64,000 nt of DNA from Marsupella aquatica (GCA_973895155.1 OZ316892.1:3847223-3911222), one strand, 5' to 3'; shown: positions 1 through 12,805, counted from the stretch's first letter. The notes: generated by a model not told the origin, from the sequence alone. Program-made: numbers and translations.

Positions 1-1265
1 ATGAATGTCCTGTTGAGACAAAATTGATAGTGGCAGCAATTCGAATTCAATGACCTGCAATTTCTTGCTGCGGGCAGTCAGCTCACGGGTGGCAGTGGGA
101 TAGAATCCTTCCACCGTTGCCCTCACTCGCATCAAGACTTTGGGACCTAGACCTGGCAAGGGTGGAAAGGCACTGCAATCCTGGCAGTAATTATCTCAAC
201 GGCAGGCGCAACGTAGAGCGAATCTTTTCCTTAATCTGTGACTATCGCGTTACAAGTATAGACAATTCACATCTAGTTCTACGTAGAAGCAATCACAAGT
301 AGCACAGTTCTAACTTACTTCACATTACCTATTGAACTAGTTCCTTTGATCACAATCCAGCAAGAACCCACTCCCAAGAGTTGACGTTGTGAGCGTCCGT
401 AATCAGCTGGCCCAGGTAGACCGTTTCACTCGTGAATTTGTGACAAACATGTGTAGCGGCAATCTAACTATTGCCCGAAAACCAGACCACCTCTCAACGA
501 AAAGAGATCTGCATATGCTTGGAAACCAATTGCTCATGGCAGTTTGTGTAGTCCATAATTGGTGAATGACCTGGACCACGGTGAACAGGGGACTAGATCA
601 AACCTAATTCGAAGAGAGCTCATCCTGAACCAATTCGACAGAAATTCCAAAACGCAATAAATGACTCACGTCCGTGCTCGTACATCCAAGATACTTCAGG
701 TTCCCTTTCATTTATCTACTAAGACGAAGAAAGCAGCCACAAAAGGTGCTACTATAGTTACCATACAGAGCAACCACAAGTGCTAATCCATGCGTATCCT
801 TCGAGCCGAAACTTCGGCAAACATGATATGTAGATTTAAGCTGCGATCTACCTCCGGCTACAGATATGTGGATGTGGCAACTAGTCCTCTCCCCCCCCCC
901 CCCGGATCCTCTTCTCTCCAGCCTTCGTTCCCCGCACTGCCATCAATCTCTACTACAGGGCCCAGATTAATAAGCGTGTCATCGACTTCCATTCCTGTGG
1001 TACCTTCGCGTTACTCGTTTGGCTTCAATAGAAAATAACAATTTAGATGCAGCATAGTGACGATCTGACCATGTTCCCGTTTGCTTTTGATGTTTTCAGG
1101 TTTGTATGCTAGTCCCTACTCGCTGGAGGGTCTGCGACCAGTTCGGAGACTTTCTCGGAAGATGTCACCTCGTCTGTTACAAATTCGGCAGAACAAGGGA
1201 GCGGTTTGACAAACTCTGCTTCATTTTCGCAAGAAGGACTGAGTTCCTACTTTGGAGAAAGGTTC

Positions 1266-1283
1266 TATAATACCCTCAGCCGC
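1266..1283 (+). promoter_or_regulatory. Candidate TATA/core promoter of helicase copy 1
   Basis: TATAA(T)ACCCTCAGCCGC is present upstream of all three helicase copies (1266, 50039, 60481) although the flanks of copy 3 are diverged. Confidence 0.5.
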
Positions 1284-1940
1284 TCCTAGACAATTGCTCT
1301 GCTTGCACTGCATGAGCCCTTCCGTGAGTTCCAGTCACGTTCGAAGGAAGGGTGGAAATCGACTCAGTGCTCTCTCGTTTATGCACTGTCGTTTTCTCTC
1401 ACTCATGAGAAAGTAGCCACATACAGTGTAGAAGTTTCTGAGCATATTTGGTTAGACTTCTCGTACAAGAGGAGTATTATGCACAAGTGAACTTGTCCAT
1501 TGAGCGATGAGACCGTGAGTTAGGGTCCCTCACAGTCATGTCAGATTGACGACAAGAGCCAGCTGCATAAACGGACTTTGTCCTTATGCGCTAAGCAGCT
1601 AGTCGGGCTTTGTCCCTATACACTAAAAGGGTAACAGCAACACTAATTAGCTACTCAGAGAAGTCGGCTCACTAGTTGAGCTCGAATGTCAACTTGATTG
1701 TGGGAGAACACGAGGACAGTGTTTCTGTCCTAATCTCCAAAAGTGAAATGCAAGTCTGGTTGGTCCCATCACCCCAGCTCTCTTCCGGGAACCAACGCTG
1801 CCCCTCCCCCCTGTAGTCGAATTGGACCGACTCATTGTTTTTGGAAGGTACTAAGCTGGGCCCAATTCTCCCTCGTTGAATCACTTGTCCCATTCCAGTT
1901 TTTTCTTGTGCGCTGGGTACCTGCCAGGCGATTGAAATAA

Positions 1941-4900
1941 ATGACGACATGGGAGTGCACTGCGCTACGATGGTCGGTGCTTGACATAATCAACGAGAAC
2001 AAGTACTTAGGCAAGGTGAGTCAATGTCTTAGCCAATGGAGCGTCCTTTCTCTGCTCCCATGTATCGAGAGGTTAGTTTCAGCCCTGTTTATGCTCTGCT
2101 TTAATCTAGCTCGCAGCAATCTAAATGCTAGTAGGCCGTTGATAGTTTTGGTGTCAATAAGACATTCAACCTTTACTTTTGCTGGAATTTGTTTCATGTA
2201 GATAATTCCTGACTCGACTAAAATCTACATGAAATTACAAGTTCAAGATCAAGATCAAAAGTCTCCCAGTATCACGATGCACTTTCATCCCTCGGAACTA
2301 TTTTTTACTCCCGTGAACCTACCCGAAGTATAGTTTCGATGTAGTCTGGGCTATGCATTTCCTTTAGCTAGCTCAACTTTGCTGAAATTTTAACACGTCT
2401 TAACGTGTCTTCCGGTCTCCAGGTAGCACCTCTTCCAATGACGTTCCAAGATCTACGTTCCTATTACAAAGCGTTTCGGATGCCTTTGCTGGAAGATTCA
2501 CGTGCGCAATTAAAACGGGGTCTTGAAGAGCTTAGCACGGCTGATTATATGATAGTCAGTTACAATGGCGAGGGGAAGCGTGACGACGATGAGAAAGAAC
2601 TCATCAAACTCAACCTTGGTATCGTTCGGTTGTTCCAAAGAGGGAAGAAGGAAGATTCATCGAACCCGAAGCCTACGGATGTCCTACTCCTGTCCACATT
2701 TCTCCCAGAGAGTTTAGAGGACCTGCTAACGAAACCTGGAGGACACTATACCTTGGCGCTAATATCGAAGTCAGACGATGACTTTGCAGCATCTTTTCAA
2801 GTAAAATCATGGAGGAACACAACGAATCCTTTGTTGGGGTGCAAAAGTTGGTACGCCATCTACGTCAATAGTGCCGCTACGGTTAGGAGGATTTGGGACG
2901 CGCTAAATCCGGAACCAGCGGTGTTTCAAGATAAACGACAGCACACAGTCGCGAAGCAAAATTTGTACAGAGACAAGCACCTTGTGAAGGTAATGGTCTC
3001 TTCTCTATGTGCGACTTCCTCTGAGATTTTCAAATCATCCAAGGATTTTCCTACCTACCTAGGGATGTACAAGTTCAAAAGCACCTTCAGAAATAGAATC
3101 ACACGAGTTGCTAGTAAGTCCCGGAAGCCCACTTTTAGCTAGAATTCAAAATCACCGGGTTACGCTCTTATGGTGGCTGGTTCGATTCACAACAAACTTG
3201 TTGCTGCAGGAATGCACAACATCTGGATTTGAAGGACCTTGTGATCGGAAAGTGAATCACCTGAGAGGACTTGTTGAACATTATTGCATGTCTCGACATC
3301 TAAATGAGCCACAGATCGTAGCCATAAGTACTACTGTGATGGGACTAATGGAGAGTGACGGTGTCCGGACAAAGCTCCTTCAAGGTCCTCCAGGTAAGGA
3401 AAGGTTTTGCAGATTCATAGGATGGCAATTCTAACTAAGTGTATTCAAGTTTGTCTACCGGAATTCGCTTTTTGAAGTTGCACATCCGGATTGGACAGGA
3501 ACAGGAAAGACTACAGTTATTACTATACTCTTGTCCATCATTACTTCTTTGAAGGATCGGGTTCTTGTTAGCGCTCCAACAAATCGAGCAGTTGCGGAAA
3601 TTGCCGAAAGGTTTTTGAGGAACTTAGGAATGAAACAATCTGCCTTACTTTCTGACATTGCCAACTTCCTATCTCCGGGGGGTCATTTCGCACCATTGCA
3701 TGTTGGAGACGTTCTGCTAGTTGGAAATGAGGGTAGAATAGACGCTGACGGTATTCTTGGTGACATCTTTCTGAAGAAACGCGTAAAACTCCTCCAAAAA
3801 GCAATGGCTCCTCTCTCAGGCTGGCAAGCCTCAGCCCGAGAGGTCCTTAATATTTTGAGCACGGACTCCGGTTTGGTACAGTATCAACGGCACAAAGAAC
3901 TTTGCGACAAAGACGAACGGCCATGCCCAACATTTCTGGAGTTCATTCGACAGACAATGAATAAATTGGGGCAGGATTGGATCGAAAATGGTCGTGTGAT
4001 GTGTAAACACCTACCCAGCAAGGTACTGACTCCAAAAGCACGAGAGCTGCTTCAAATTTCGTGCGAGAGTATGGAAAATTTTCGCAAGTGTCTGAGCGAT
4101 GTACGCGTTAAAGACAAACGAGTAAGAAGGTGGTTCGAAGATGCCTCCAAGGGCCATGTTACAACAAACTCTACTGCAGACAGAGATTTTTATAGTTCTA
4201 AACAGAAACTTCTAGCTAGCATGGACAGTCGGCCTGGCTTTGATGTTCTGAAGTTGAACGTTGAAGCAACGTGCCTCCGAAATGCATCGTTGCTCTTCTG
4301 CACAACTTCCACAGCAGGAAGCTGGCGTGTGAAAAAATCGGGACGCTTCGATTATGCGGTTGTTGATGAAGCTGCACAACTTGTCGAAGCTGAGACGGCC
4401 ATAATCGCACAACTGGCTGGAATTGATCAAATGCTGTTGGTCGGGGATCCTAATCAACTTCAGGCCATGGTCACCAGTAAGGTTTGGGCTCAAATTTCTG
4501 TGCTCCCAGTGATTTGACCTTGCATAGTGAGACCAATGGTTACACATGAAATTCGAGAGAGTTAATGTCCACTATTTAAAGCCGGCTTGCAAGTAAATAG
4601 TACTTTTTGTTCCTGAATAGACGCATAAATGTGACCTATTTGGGCTGTCATTCGTTTATCTGCGATTGGCTTACCACAATCTCCCCAATGTACAACCTCC
4701 AGATATCCAAAGCAAGCGGGTACAGCAGAAGTCTGTTCGACAGGCTTCAGACACTGGGTCATCCACACCAGATGCTGAGAATTCAGTACAGAATGCATCC
4801 GGAGATAAGTAGGTTTCCTAATCAGCAGTTTTACGGAGGTCTGCTCGAGGATGCACCAAACGTTCAGCACGAATCTTATAAAATACCATGCCAAGACCTT

Positions 4901-7568
4901 TACGGGCCCTATGCTTTCATAAACGTAACGAACGGAGAAGAAGAAAAGGGGGAAAACGGGAAATCCTTCGAAAACTCTATCGAATGCGACGCCGTGCAAT
5001 ACATCCTCAACAAAATTCAAGCAGGTGATTTACAGTCATTCGATCAGATTCCAGTCTTGCACGTAGACTTTGCAGCGAGAATTAGTGATGAATAAATTGT
5101 ACTTAGTTGTACAGTCATTCGGTTGCATCCGCTAATTCGAGTTGACATTTGAGTGTCAGGCTGTTGCTGTATGTAGATTATGCACGGACGCTTTGCTTCT
5201 GGTCGATGACACTCATCCCTGTTTTGCAGAGAGTAAGACGAATTTGAGCGTGGGAGTCATTTCTCCATATCAGGGCCAGATCGCGAAGATGAGTAAACGT
5301 ATGTCAGTTCTTGCCTCTCGTGGCTCGAAGCATTCGGCTAGACTGAACGTCGATTTCAAGACGGTGGATGGATTTCAAGGAGGAGAAAAGGACATAATTA
5401 TCTTCTCAGCTGTAAGGGCAAACCCTTCAGGAAACATTGGGTTCTTGGACGATTTTCGAAGACTGAATGTGGCAGTAACCCGCGGCAGGTTGATATCTTC
5501 TTGAATCCTTATGTGTATCCTGTGACGGGTTTCGTTCGTCGGATACAAGAGGTGATACCGAGACAGCATACTGCTACAAACATTCAAAATACGAAGCTTC
5601 AATTCACAACTTCATGGTTCTTGAGTATTTAAGTCATGTCAAAGAAACTCTGGACAATGGAATACTTGCAAATTCCCCTTAGAGTTTCGTCTCGTGCATA
5701 TTGGTTTTACCTCTAGAGCGGCAATTGAATTACTTCTTTACCGTGATGCTAGCTGATCGATGGATGCCATTTTCTTTGAAACAAAGCTTGTGACTAGATC
5801 TCTGGACGGTAACCGATCTCTCCCTTCCATGCAAGACTTGGGGTCTTTCCGTTCCGCCAATCACGTGGCTGTGCCAGAAATTCCAAGTATCTTTTAGTAG
5901 CACTGAACACTATATTTGCCTGCGCGGAACAGTTCCCAAACTTACTTGTTGAAACTGCCTTGATTTACAGGCACTGTCTTTTGATCATTGGTCATGCGCC
6001 CACGTTAAGTTTCAGTGATCCGCTGTGGAGAGCAGTCATCGCGGACGCGAGTAAGAGGTTTTGCTACCGCAATACAAGAGTTGATCCATATCCGGGGACC
6101 ACAATCCCTCTTCCTCGTCAGATATGGAGCTTTGCGTAAGAATTGATTGCCCTGTTGAAATTAAGCTTTAGTGCATCAGCATAGTCACAGTTCGATAATG
6201 ATAAATGATTGTCTTAAAGTCTGAATCCCTGGGAGCTACAGCACTAAGACAACCTAAAGCGCAAAAGCAAGAAAACAGCTTATCTGCTACACTTAACCTG
6301 CTTTCGACCGGTCCAAATGTCAAGTCACGAACTGTACTGTAGAAATTGAGTCGCGTTAGGGTCCTGGTTTAGCAATTCCAGTCTTGTCAGCTTGTATCTC
6401 TATAACCCTCCGCCGGTGATATTTGATCTCTCGTTTATTGCTTTGGGCATGCGATATCTCCGCTTCTAAAAGACTAGTTCGAAAAGACTAGCATTCGAGC
6501 GACCATTCCGGAAGAAAGGAATGTGTACGAAAGAGTAGTCTAGCTTCTTCTAGGTTAGAATCCTGGTAAGTGAAATGTTTTTGTTTTTAATAGTGGAGGG
6601 CTGGGAAATTTGTGGCAGCATATATGTATCTTTTCAGCCTGGTTCTTTGGCTGATAGAGTCTGTCTCTATGAACTGTTTCAGGAATGAGGAGGAAAAGGT
6701 GGAAGATACGATAGTGGTTCAGGAGAAATTGCAGACTTTGACCTTGAAAGAGGTAGAAACTATTCAAACGATGAAAGCAAACAGGAGATTGTCAGCAGAA
6801 TCTTCAGGAAAACAGGTTGTAGTTCTGGAGAAGGTGCAGACGTTGACCAGGAAAGAGGTGAAAACTAGGAAAGAGGTGAAAACTGTTCAGCATATGAAAG
6901 CTGGACAAGCTTCACGCAAACAGGCTGTAGTTCAGGAGAAACTGCTGACCTCAGCCTTGAAAGAGGTGGAAACTATGCAGAATATTAAAGTAAACAAGAA
7001 ATTGCCTGAACAAGCTTCAGCCAACCAGGTAGTTGGGAAGAAACTGCCCGGACAAGCTTCAGGCAACCAGGTAGCTGGGAAGGAAGTACTGCAGACGTTG
7101 GCCTTGAAAGAGGTAAAAGTTGTTCAAAACAAGAAAGTAGACACGAGATTGCCCGGACAAGCTTCAGGCAAGCAGATTGTAGCTCGGGAGAATCTGCAAA
7201 CTTGGGCCTCGAAAGAAGTAAAAACTGTTCAGCAGATGAAAGCAAACACGAGATTGGCTGCACAAGCCTCAGGCACACAGGTCGGAGATCAGGAGAATCA
7301 GCAGAACTTTTTCTTGGGGGAGGTACGCCCCAATCGACAGCTGCAATCTGAAGGAAGTCGCATGAGAGCGAACAATCATCCTCTGGAGTTTACATGGGAA
7401 CACGTTGTAGCAAATGACGTTTCGAGAGTGAAGGAAGCTTCGAATTTTTCTTCCAACGCAGAATGTGGGGCGAGTCGTACAGAATCTCTTTCGACATGGG
7501 CTCTGAGAGGCCTTATGTGCCTACCTGTAGTACTAATTGCGAAGGCACTTTTTGGCAGTGGGACGTAA
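1941..7568 (+). CDS. Plant SEN1/UPF1-like (DNA2/NAM7 family, SF1B) helicase, copy 1, spliced, apparently intact
   Basis: Inferred GT-AG exons ~1941-2015, 2423-2989, 3210-3393, 3499-4481, 4703-5024, 5230-5488, 5971-6135, 6683-7568 join in phase. Motifs: WSVLDIINE and PLLEDSRAQL (N-terminal domain typical of plant DUF6469-type helicases), GPPG|TGKT (Walker A split by an intron), VVDEAAQ, LVGDPNQL, RSLFDRL, QYRMHPEI, TVDGFQGGEKD, RRLNVAVTRG. The join to the last exon is inferred; without it the CDS stops at TAA 6137-6139. Confidence 0.88.
6710..7325 (+). repeat. ~105-bp (35-aa) coding tandem repeat in the terminal exon of helicase copy 1
   Basis: About five units plus a partial one of consensus VVVQEKLQTLTLKEVKTVQNMKxNxRLxGQASGKQ in ORF 6612-7568. 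The paralogue at 55164-55695 has about two plus a partial unit. Confidence 0.85.
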
Positions 7569-8611
7569 CTTTCAGAGGCGTAACCTCTATCTACGTGCAA
7601 GGACGGCAATCGGGCCAATTATCCTGGCACGCTAGTGTTATTCTCCGCCAGGTAGCACTGACTCTAACAGGTTAATTATCTACAGAAGAAAGAGTCCCAG
7701 ATCGACTAGAGACTTGGGTTGACGTGAATTTTCACTAGGTCGTCACAAATTTGTAGCTTGTTTACGAGGTTCAAAGTCTGTATTGTTACTCACCGGATAG
7801 TCGGCTCCTCGAAGCATTGTGACTCAAAATTTGCCAGATCAGGACTGATGATGAGTCCCAGCAACTGTCTCCCAATTCGCTGTACTATCGCAATTTATGT
7901 ATAACCTTATATATGGTATACTGGCTGAGTGGGCATGTCAATCAAGGAACTCCGAGCCAGTGGTCACTTTGACAGTTGGAACCCCTTTTCACTTTCAGTT
8001 CAACCTTCAATTCGTGGGCCTTCATGACTTTACTTTCAGGGTACAATTGAGTCCCTAGTAAAGCCCTCTCATCAGTGCATTCTTATGGATAAAGTCCAGG
8101 TAAACATACGTTCAATGACTACGCTATCACAGAAGAATACAAGAACTCTCTACCAGACCAATCACATTCTTGTAGGTACACATCTTAAAGACGAGTCCCC
8201 AAAGAGTGCATTTGAGCTTGAATTGCCAGATCACTTGAAGAAAATGCTGTCTGCGTAGAGCAATTCCGATTCTAAAGATTTTCAGGTCTAACCTGTAGGC
8301 TCAGATTCCGTGTAGCTCCATTTCGATATGACGTTTCACCATTTGAACACGCTCGTGCATGCTTGTCTGACGACCAAGCTTGGTGCAAATTTGTCTGAGA
8401 ACGAAACCTTACACCGCGGAACAACACATGATTTTCTGACGACCAAACTTCGCGCATCTTCTCCGACGACAGTCCCGTTTTGCGCGGCATCATCTCCAAC
8501 GACAATCACGTTTTGCACCTACTAAGACAACTCTACTGACACAATTGCACGTGAAGTATTTTATTTCATACTTGCATCGTTTCATAAAGTGAGATGCAAA
8601 TTGGATTGAGT

Positions 8612-8771
8612 GATGAGGGCCGCGCGAACGCGAGCCCTCTCTGTCACAAATTATGACGTGCATTTTCCCCATAGGGAAATGCTAGAACTTGTCCAGTCGT
8701 GGTGCAATGAGCGGACTCGTCCTAGGCCAACCCCCTTGTGGATCAAGGTTAGATCCCGCCCAGGTAAGTAT
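8612..8771 (-). ncRNA. U1: U1 spliceosomal snRNA, divergent variant (copy A)
   Basis: Minus strand begins AUACUUACCUGG. SL1 loop GAUCCACAAG; SL2 loop contains CAUUGCAC (U1A site); SL3 GCAUUUCCCUAUGGGGAAAAUGC; helix-H partner ACGUC; Sm site AUAAUUUGUG; SL4 GAGGGCUCGCG-UUCG-CGCGGCCCUC. Length ~160 nt; 3' end approximate. Confidence 0.95.
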
Positions 8772-8795
8772 GCTTCTCCTTCATGGTGGAAGAAC

Positions 8796-8849
8796 TTTAT
8801 ACTCAGGGTATCATTGCATCTGTCTGTTGAAGGCCCGACTTATGGGTTT
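8796..8849 (-). promoter_or_regulatory. Pol II snRNA promoter: TATA box and USE-like element for U1 copy A
   Basis: TATAAA (8801-8796) starts exactly 30 nt upstream of U1 +1. AAACCCATAAGTCGG (8849-8835) lies ~33 bp further up, the spacing expected for plant Pol II snRNA genes. Both are conserved in copy B. Confidence 0.7.
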
Positions 8850-9299
8850 ACGTGATCGCGTTCACGTATGTTTTCGTGGTAGGGAGGAGCATGCGAGCCA
8901 GAAAGACAGAAACGCACTGTGTTCCGATGCACAATTCGAAAAGAAGGAGTTTTCCACGCACCCCACCTCAAACCACCCCCACAGCTTCACGACAGAAAAA
9001 CAAAAACGAGGCGCTCTAAAAAACTATCAATTGAGGGTCTCAAAAACCTGGTTTGGACTTGACCGACAAATGAGAGGTCTGGACCCCGACATCCAACATG
9101 TCACACTTGGTCGTCCCGGCCCCAGCCCTGGCCGACCCACACCCCGCCCCAACCCAGCCCAACCCTGTCTCTGTCCCGACTCCAACCCTGGTCCGGGCCT
9201 GTCATGGCCCGACCCCAGCCTGTCCCGGCCGGCCAGTGAATATAAGCAAATGTCCAACATTTGACCCCTTTTGGAGCCAAAAAATGACAAGTTAAAATT

Positions 9300-10039
9300 T
9301 AAAGTACATAATTATGCATGTAGTGTTTATTACTCAAGCAAAGTGAGGCCTCCAAGCACCAAGAAAGACTGTCTTCAGTTGGTGCATGGCACTTAGGGCT
9401 AGGTTCCATGGTGCTGGGAGTGAGGAGTGCACATGTGAGTCAGCATGTTTGAGCCAATAAGATCACAACTTTTCCAGAGAGTGACTAGTGTACAAATACA
9501 GTATTAGGGAGTATGATTTTTGCCCTCACCCTGCCCCTAGCCTGTATATATAGTGACACAACCGTGCACTCTCATTGGCTCTAGACTCTAAAACTCATAC
9601 ATTTAAATACTGCATTGGCCCTCAGTTGGCATATGGTGTATCCCCATGGGATGTCAGAGGGAGTGATTGCACTCCCTGCGGCTGGCCCATGGAACCTATC
9701 CCTTAACCGGGTGGCAGGTGACTGCAGAGGAAAAGGCAGGGGAAGGGAAAGGCGAATAGTTACTAGGATGGCAATGCTAGGATGAGCTAGGTATGATTGT
9801 GCAGATGAGGCAACTTCCATACACCCTCTCTCCCAATATCCTCCTGCCGTCTCATTTCATTATGAAATCAAAGCATTCCCCCACCCAACACTTCCCCCTA
9901 AGGAGCCCTAGTCACCCTCCTTACGACCCACTTGCACCAGAGCAAGCCTTGTCCCCTCACACCCATTCTCTATGTAGCCCATTCAGCTAGACTCTTCCTG
10001 GAATGTCATTTATGGCATTCATAGAGTCTGCTGCCCCAA
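9300..10039. repeat. Unclassified repeat segment hosting the Helitron; an internally deleted homologue lies at ~57995-58370
   Basis: Blocks at 9300-9390, 9705-9975 and 19375-19450 match the contiguous 57995-58370 in unit 2. No termini recognised. Confidence 0.45.
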
Positions 10040-11374
10040 TCTAACACTATAATAACCGATGCCGCCTTTTTTTGGCTTTCGTCCGTTTACGAAATGAGCA
10101 GAGGGCGGGAGTCATCCATGGCCGTTGGATTATTTCACATTTTTTAAGGGCCGTTGATTGGTTTGTTTGTCCCCTGTCTCGCCGCCAGATGAGGTACGTT
10201 TGTCCGTCGCCGTATCACTACCGTAGTTTGCTTTCCCTCTGGCAACGACCTGCCTGGCTGTGCCACGACTTGGTATGCCCTGCCCTGCAGGGCTTGCGCT
10301 TGCCTGGGTTGCCCTCCTGCCTTGCTTCCCCTGACCCCCCTTGAGCGCCCAAGTCTCCCCTCGCTCCAGTCCAGGCAAGGAGTAGACAGCGTAACCCTGC
10401 CGTTCTGCCTGCCTCGCACGTCCCTCCTGCCTCTCTCCGTGGCTAGCCTGCGACGCTGCTTGGGCTGCCCTCCCTTGCCATCGGCTGTTGTCAGGGGCTG
10501 CCATCGGCGCGCTCCCCTCCCATGCACGCCCCTCACCCCATGGCACACCCTCCTCCCTCCTCTTTTGGCTCGCCCTCCTCCCTCCTCGCCATGGCCCTCC
10601 TCCCCGCCACGGCGCTCCGCTCCTCCACGGCCCTCCTCCCTCCCACGGCCCTCCTCCCTCCTCCCCGCCTCCGCTCCTCCTCCCCTCCACGGCCCATGGA
10701 GTACTCCCGCATGGAGGGAGCATCGGCCCTCCCCTTTGCGCCCCCCCTCGGCCCCTGCCATTGACCATCCCCTCTCGCTCCCTCCTCGCCACCTCGCTGG
10801 TGGCTGCCGGCTCCCTCCTCGCCAGCTCTCCTCCTTGCCGGCTCGCCGGCTCTCCTCCTCGCTCCCCACTCCCCACTCCCTCCTTGCCACCTCGCTTCCC
10901 GCTCCCTCCACTTTCTTCCCCTCCTCGGTGCCTTCCCTCCTCAATGCGAAACCTGGGGTGCAGCACGAAACCTCAGGGCCCGACTCTGGATTGGCCCGCC
11001 GCGCCTGGATTGGCCCGCTGCGCCTCATGCCCTCCCTCCCCGACCGGGCGCAGCCTCGCTCTCACCCTGGCACACCCCACGCCTGGATTGGCCCGCTGTG
11101 CCCCGCTCCCTAAACCCGCCCTCCGCCACTGCCAGCCCCTCCAAGCCCCGGCCACCCCTCGCCCTTGCTACATTGGAACCGGCACCCTGCCTTGGAACTT
11201 TCTTTGTCAGTCCAGGCGTGCCTTGGCCCCCACGGTTGAGGCCCCTCGATCGCCCCCTGCCGCGACTGAGGCTGCCTCCATCGCTCCAGTCCAGGCGCGT
11301 CACGGCAAGCACAGCCCGTCCCTGCACCTCCCTTGGATGCACTGCCATGGCCCTGGCTCACTGGCACCTCCCCC

Positions 11375-11775
11375 TCCCTTGCCCAGGCGCGGCTGCGACG
11401 CCTGGAACCAGTCCAGGCGCGGCCATGCTCGCCCTCACGCTCACTCGCTTGCCCTGCCACGGGCCCTTGGTCCAGGCGTGCTCTCTGCCTCCCCTTGGCT
11501 CACGGCTGCCTGGCCGCGCCTGGACCGCCCTGCCACCGTCTTTGGCGTGCCTCCAATGCTCCTCGGTCCAGGCGTCCCTTGCCCAGGCGCGGCTGCCACG
11601 CCTTGGAACCAGTCCAGGTGCGGCCATGCTCGCCCTCACGCTCACTCGCTTGCCCTGCCACGGGCCCTTGGTCCAGGCGTGCTTTCTGCCTCCCCTTGGC
11701 TCACGGCTGCCTGGCCGCGCCTGGACCGCCCTGCCACCGTCGTTGGCGTGCCTCCAATGCTCCTCGGTCCAGGCG
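11375..11775. repeat. 200-bp tandem duplication in the GC-rich 5' part of the Helitron
   Basis: GCCCAGGCGCGGCTGC... starts at 11381 and again at 11581; the two copies are near identical. Confidence 0.9.
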
Positions 11776-12805
11776 AGCTCACGCTAAGGCGGCTGTAGCC
11801 CCAATCCATGCGCGCTTTGGGCTGGCTCACCGGCTCTCCTCGCCCTTGCTCTACCCTCGCCCTGGCCATCCCTCTGCCAACATCCCCGAGGTGAGCGTTG
11901 GTGCCTCGCCGTGCACCCTGCATTGGTTGACTCTCCTGAGGTTGCCCCTGCCCGTGCCTAGACTCTGCGGCCATGGCTGCCTCTCCCAATGTCACCCCTA
12001 CCACACATGAGTGGTCAGGCTGCGGCCAGTGCATGGTTGCCACTCGCCCATGCCTGGACCCTTTGGTAACCAAGGTGAGCCCGTTCCATGTCACGGCCAA
12101 ATATGACACCCTCGCCCATGCCTGGATCAATGTCAACCCCGTACTCTGCCGCACGGCTAAGCCAATCTGTCACCCTGCCTGCCACGCTTGCTCGCCTTGG
12201 CATTCCATTAACTCGATCAGCGCCTAGACTTTTTGGGGTTGGGGGCCAAAATTTCACCGCGAAATGTGGTCCGGGGGTGGCAGGACCCCAGAAGTATATA
12301 TAAGGGGACTAATGGTTTTGAGGGAATGAGATGGGAACTGATGGGAACGATGATGGGATCTGATGGGAGCGATGGTCCATGAGTGACGGCAATGGCAATG
12401 GGCAACCCTCAAACAAGGATGGAATATGTTTGGGGGGACAAATGCAATGGAATGGAGAATTTTCCACGTCCCATGGGTGACGGACACAGGGATGGGTGAC
12501 CTTTTGGCGTAATGAATACTAGGGGGTACCACTCGGGGTACCATAGGGGCAAGAGACATCGTGGAAGCAAGATAATCGCCAGCAAGGTTGGGGGGGTGAG
12601 ACGAGGGATTGTGGTAAGCAGTATCATCGACGGATATTGAATCTCCTCACATGTCTCGGGTCTCTTGCAAAGGTGTGGCCCAACCGGCGTTCAACATAGC
12701 ATTTACTTAGGGGTCTGTCGAGCTTCATTGCAAGTGCATCCAAAATTCTCATATGTTGTGTGGGTTGGATGCAGATGATGAAGGGGTTTTGAGAGTTTTT
12801 GGACC

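Noticed and set aside
8610-8855. Conserved + strand ORF (MMRAARTRALS...; also 57519-57968)
   Set aside because: It is the antisense of the U1 gene and its promoter; the RNA explains the conservation.
10130-12010. Long overlapping Pro/Gly/Arg-rich ORFs in several frames
   Set aside because: Expected from very high GC content and lack of stop codons; no domain recognisable.
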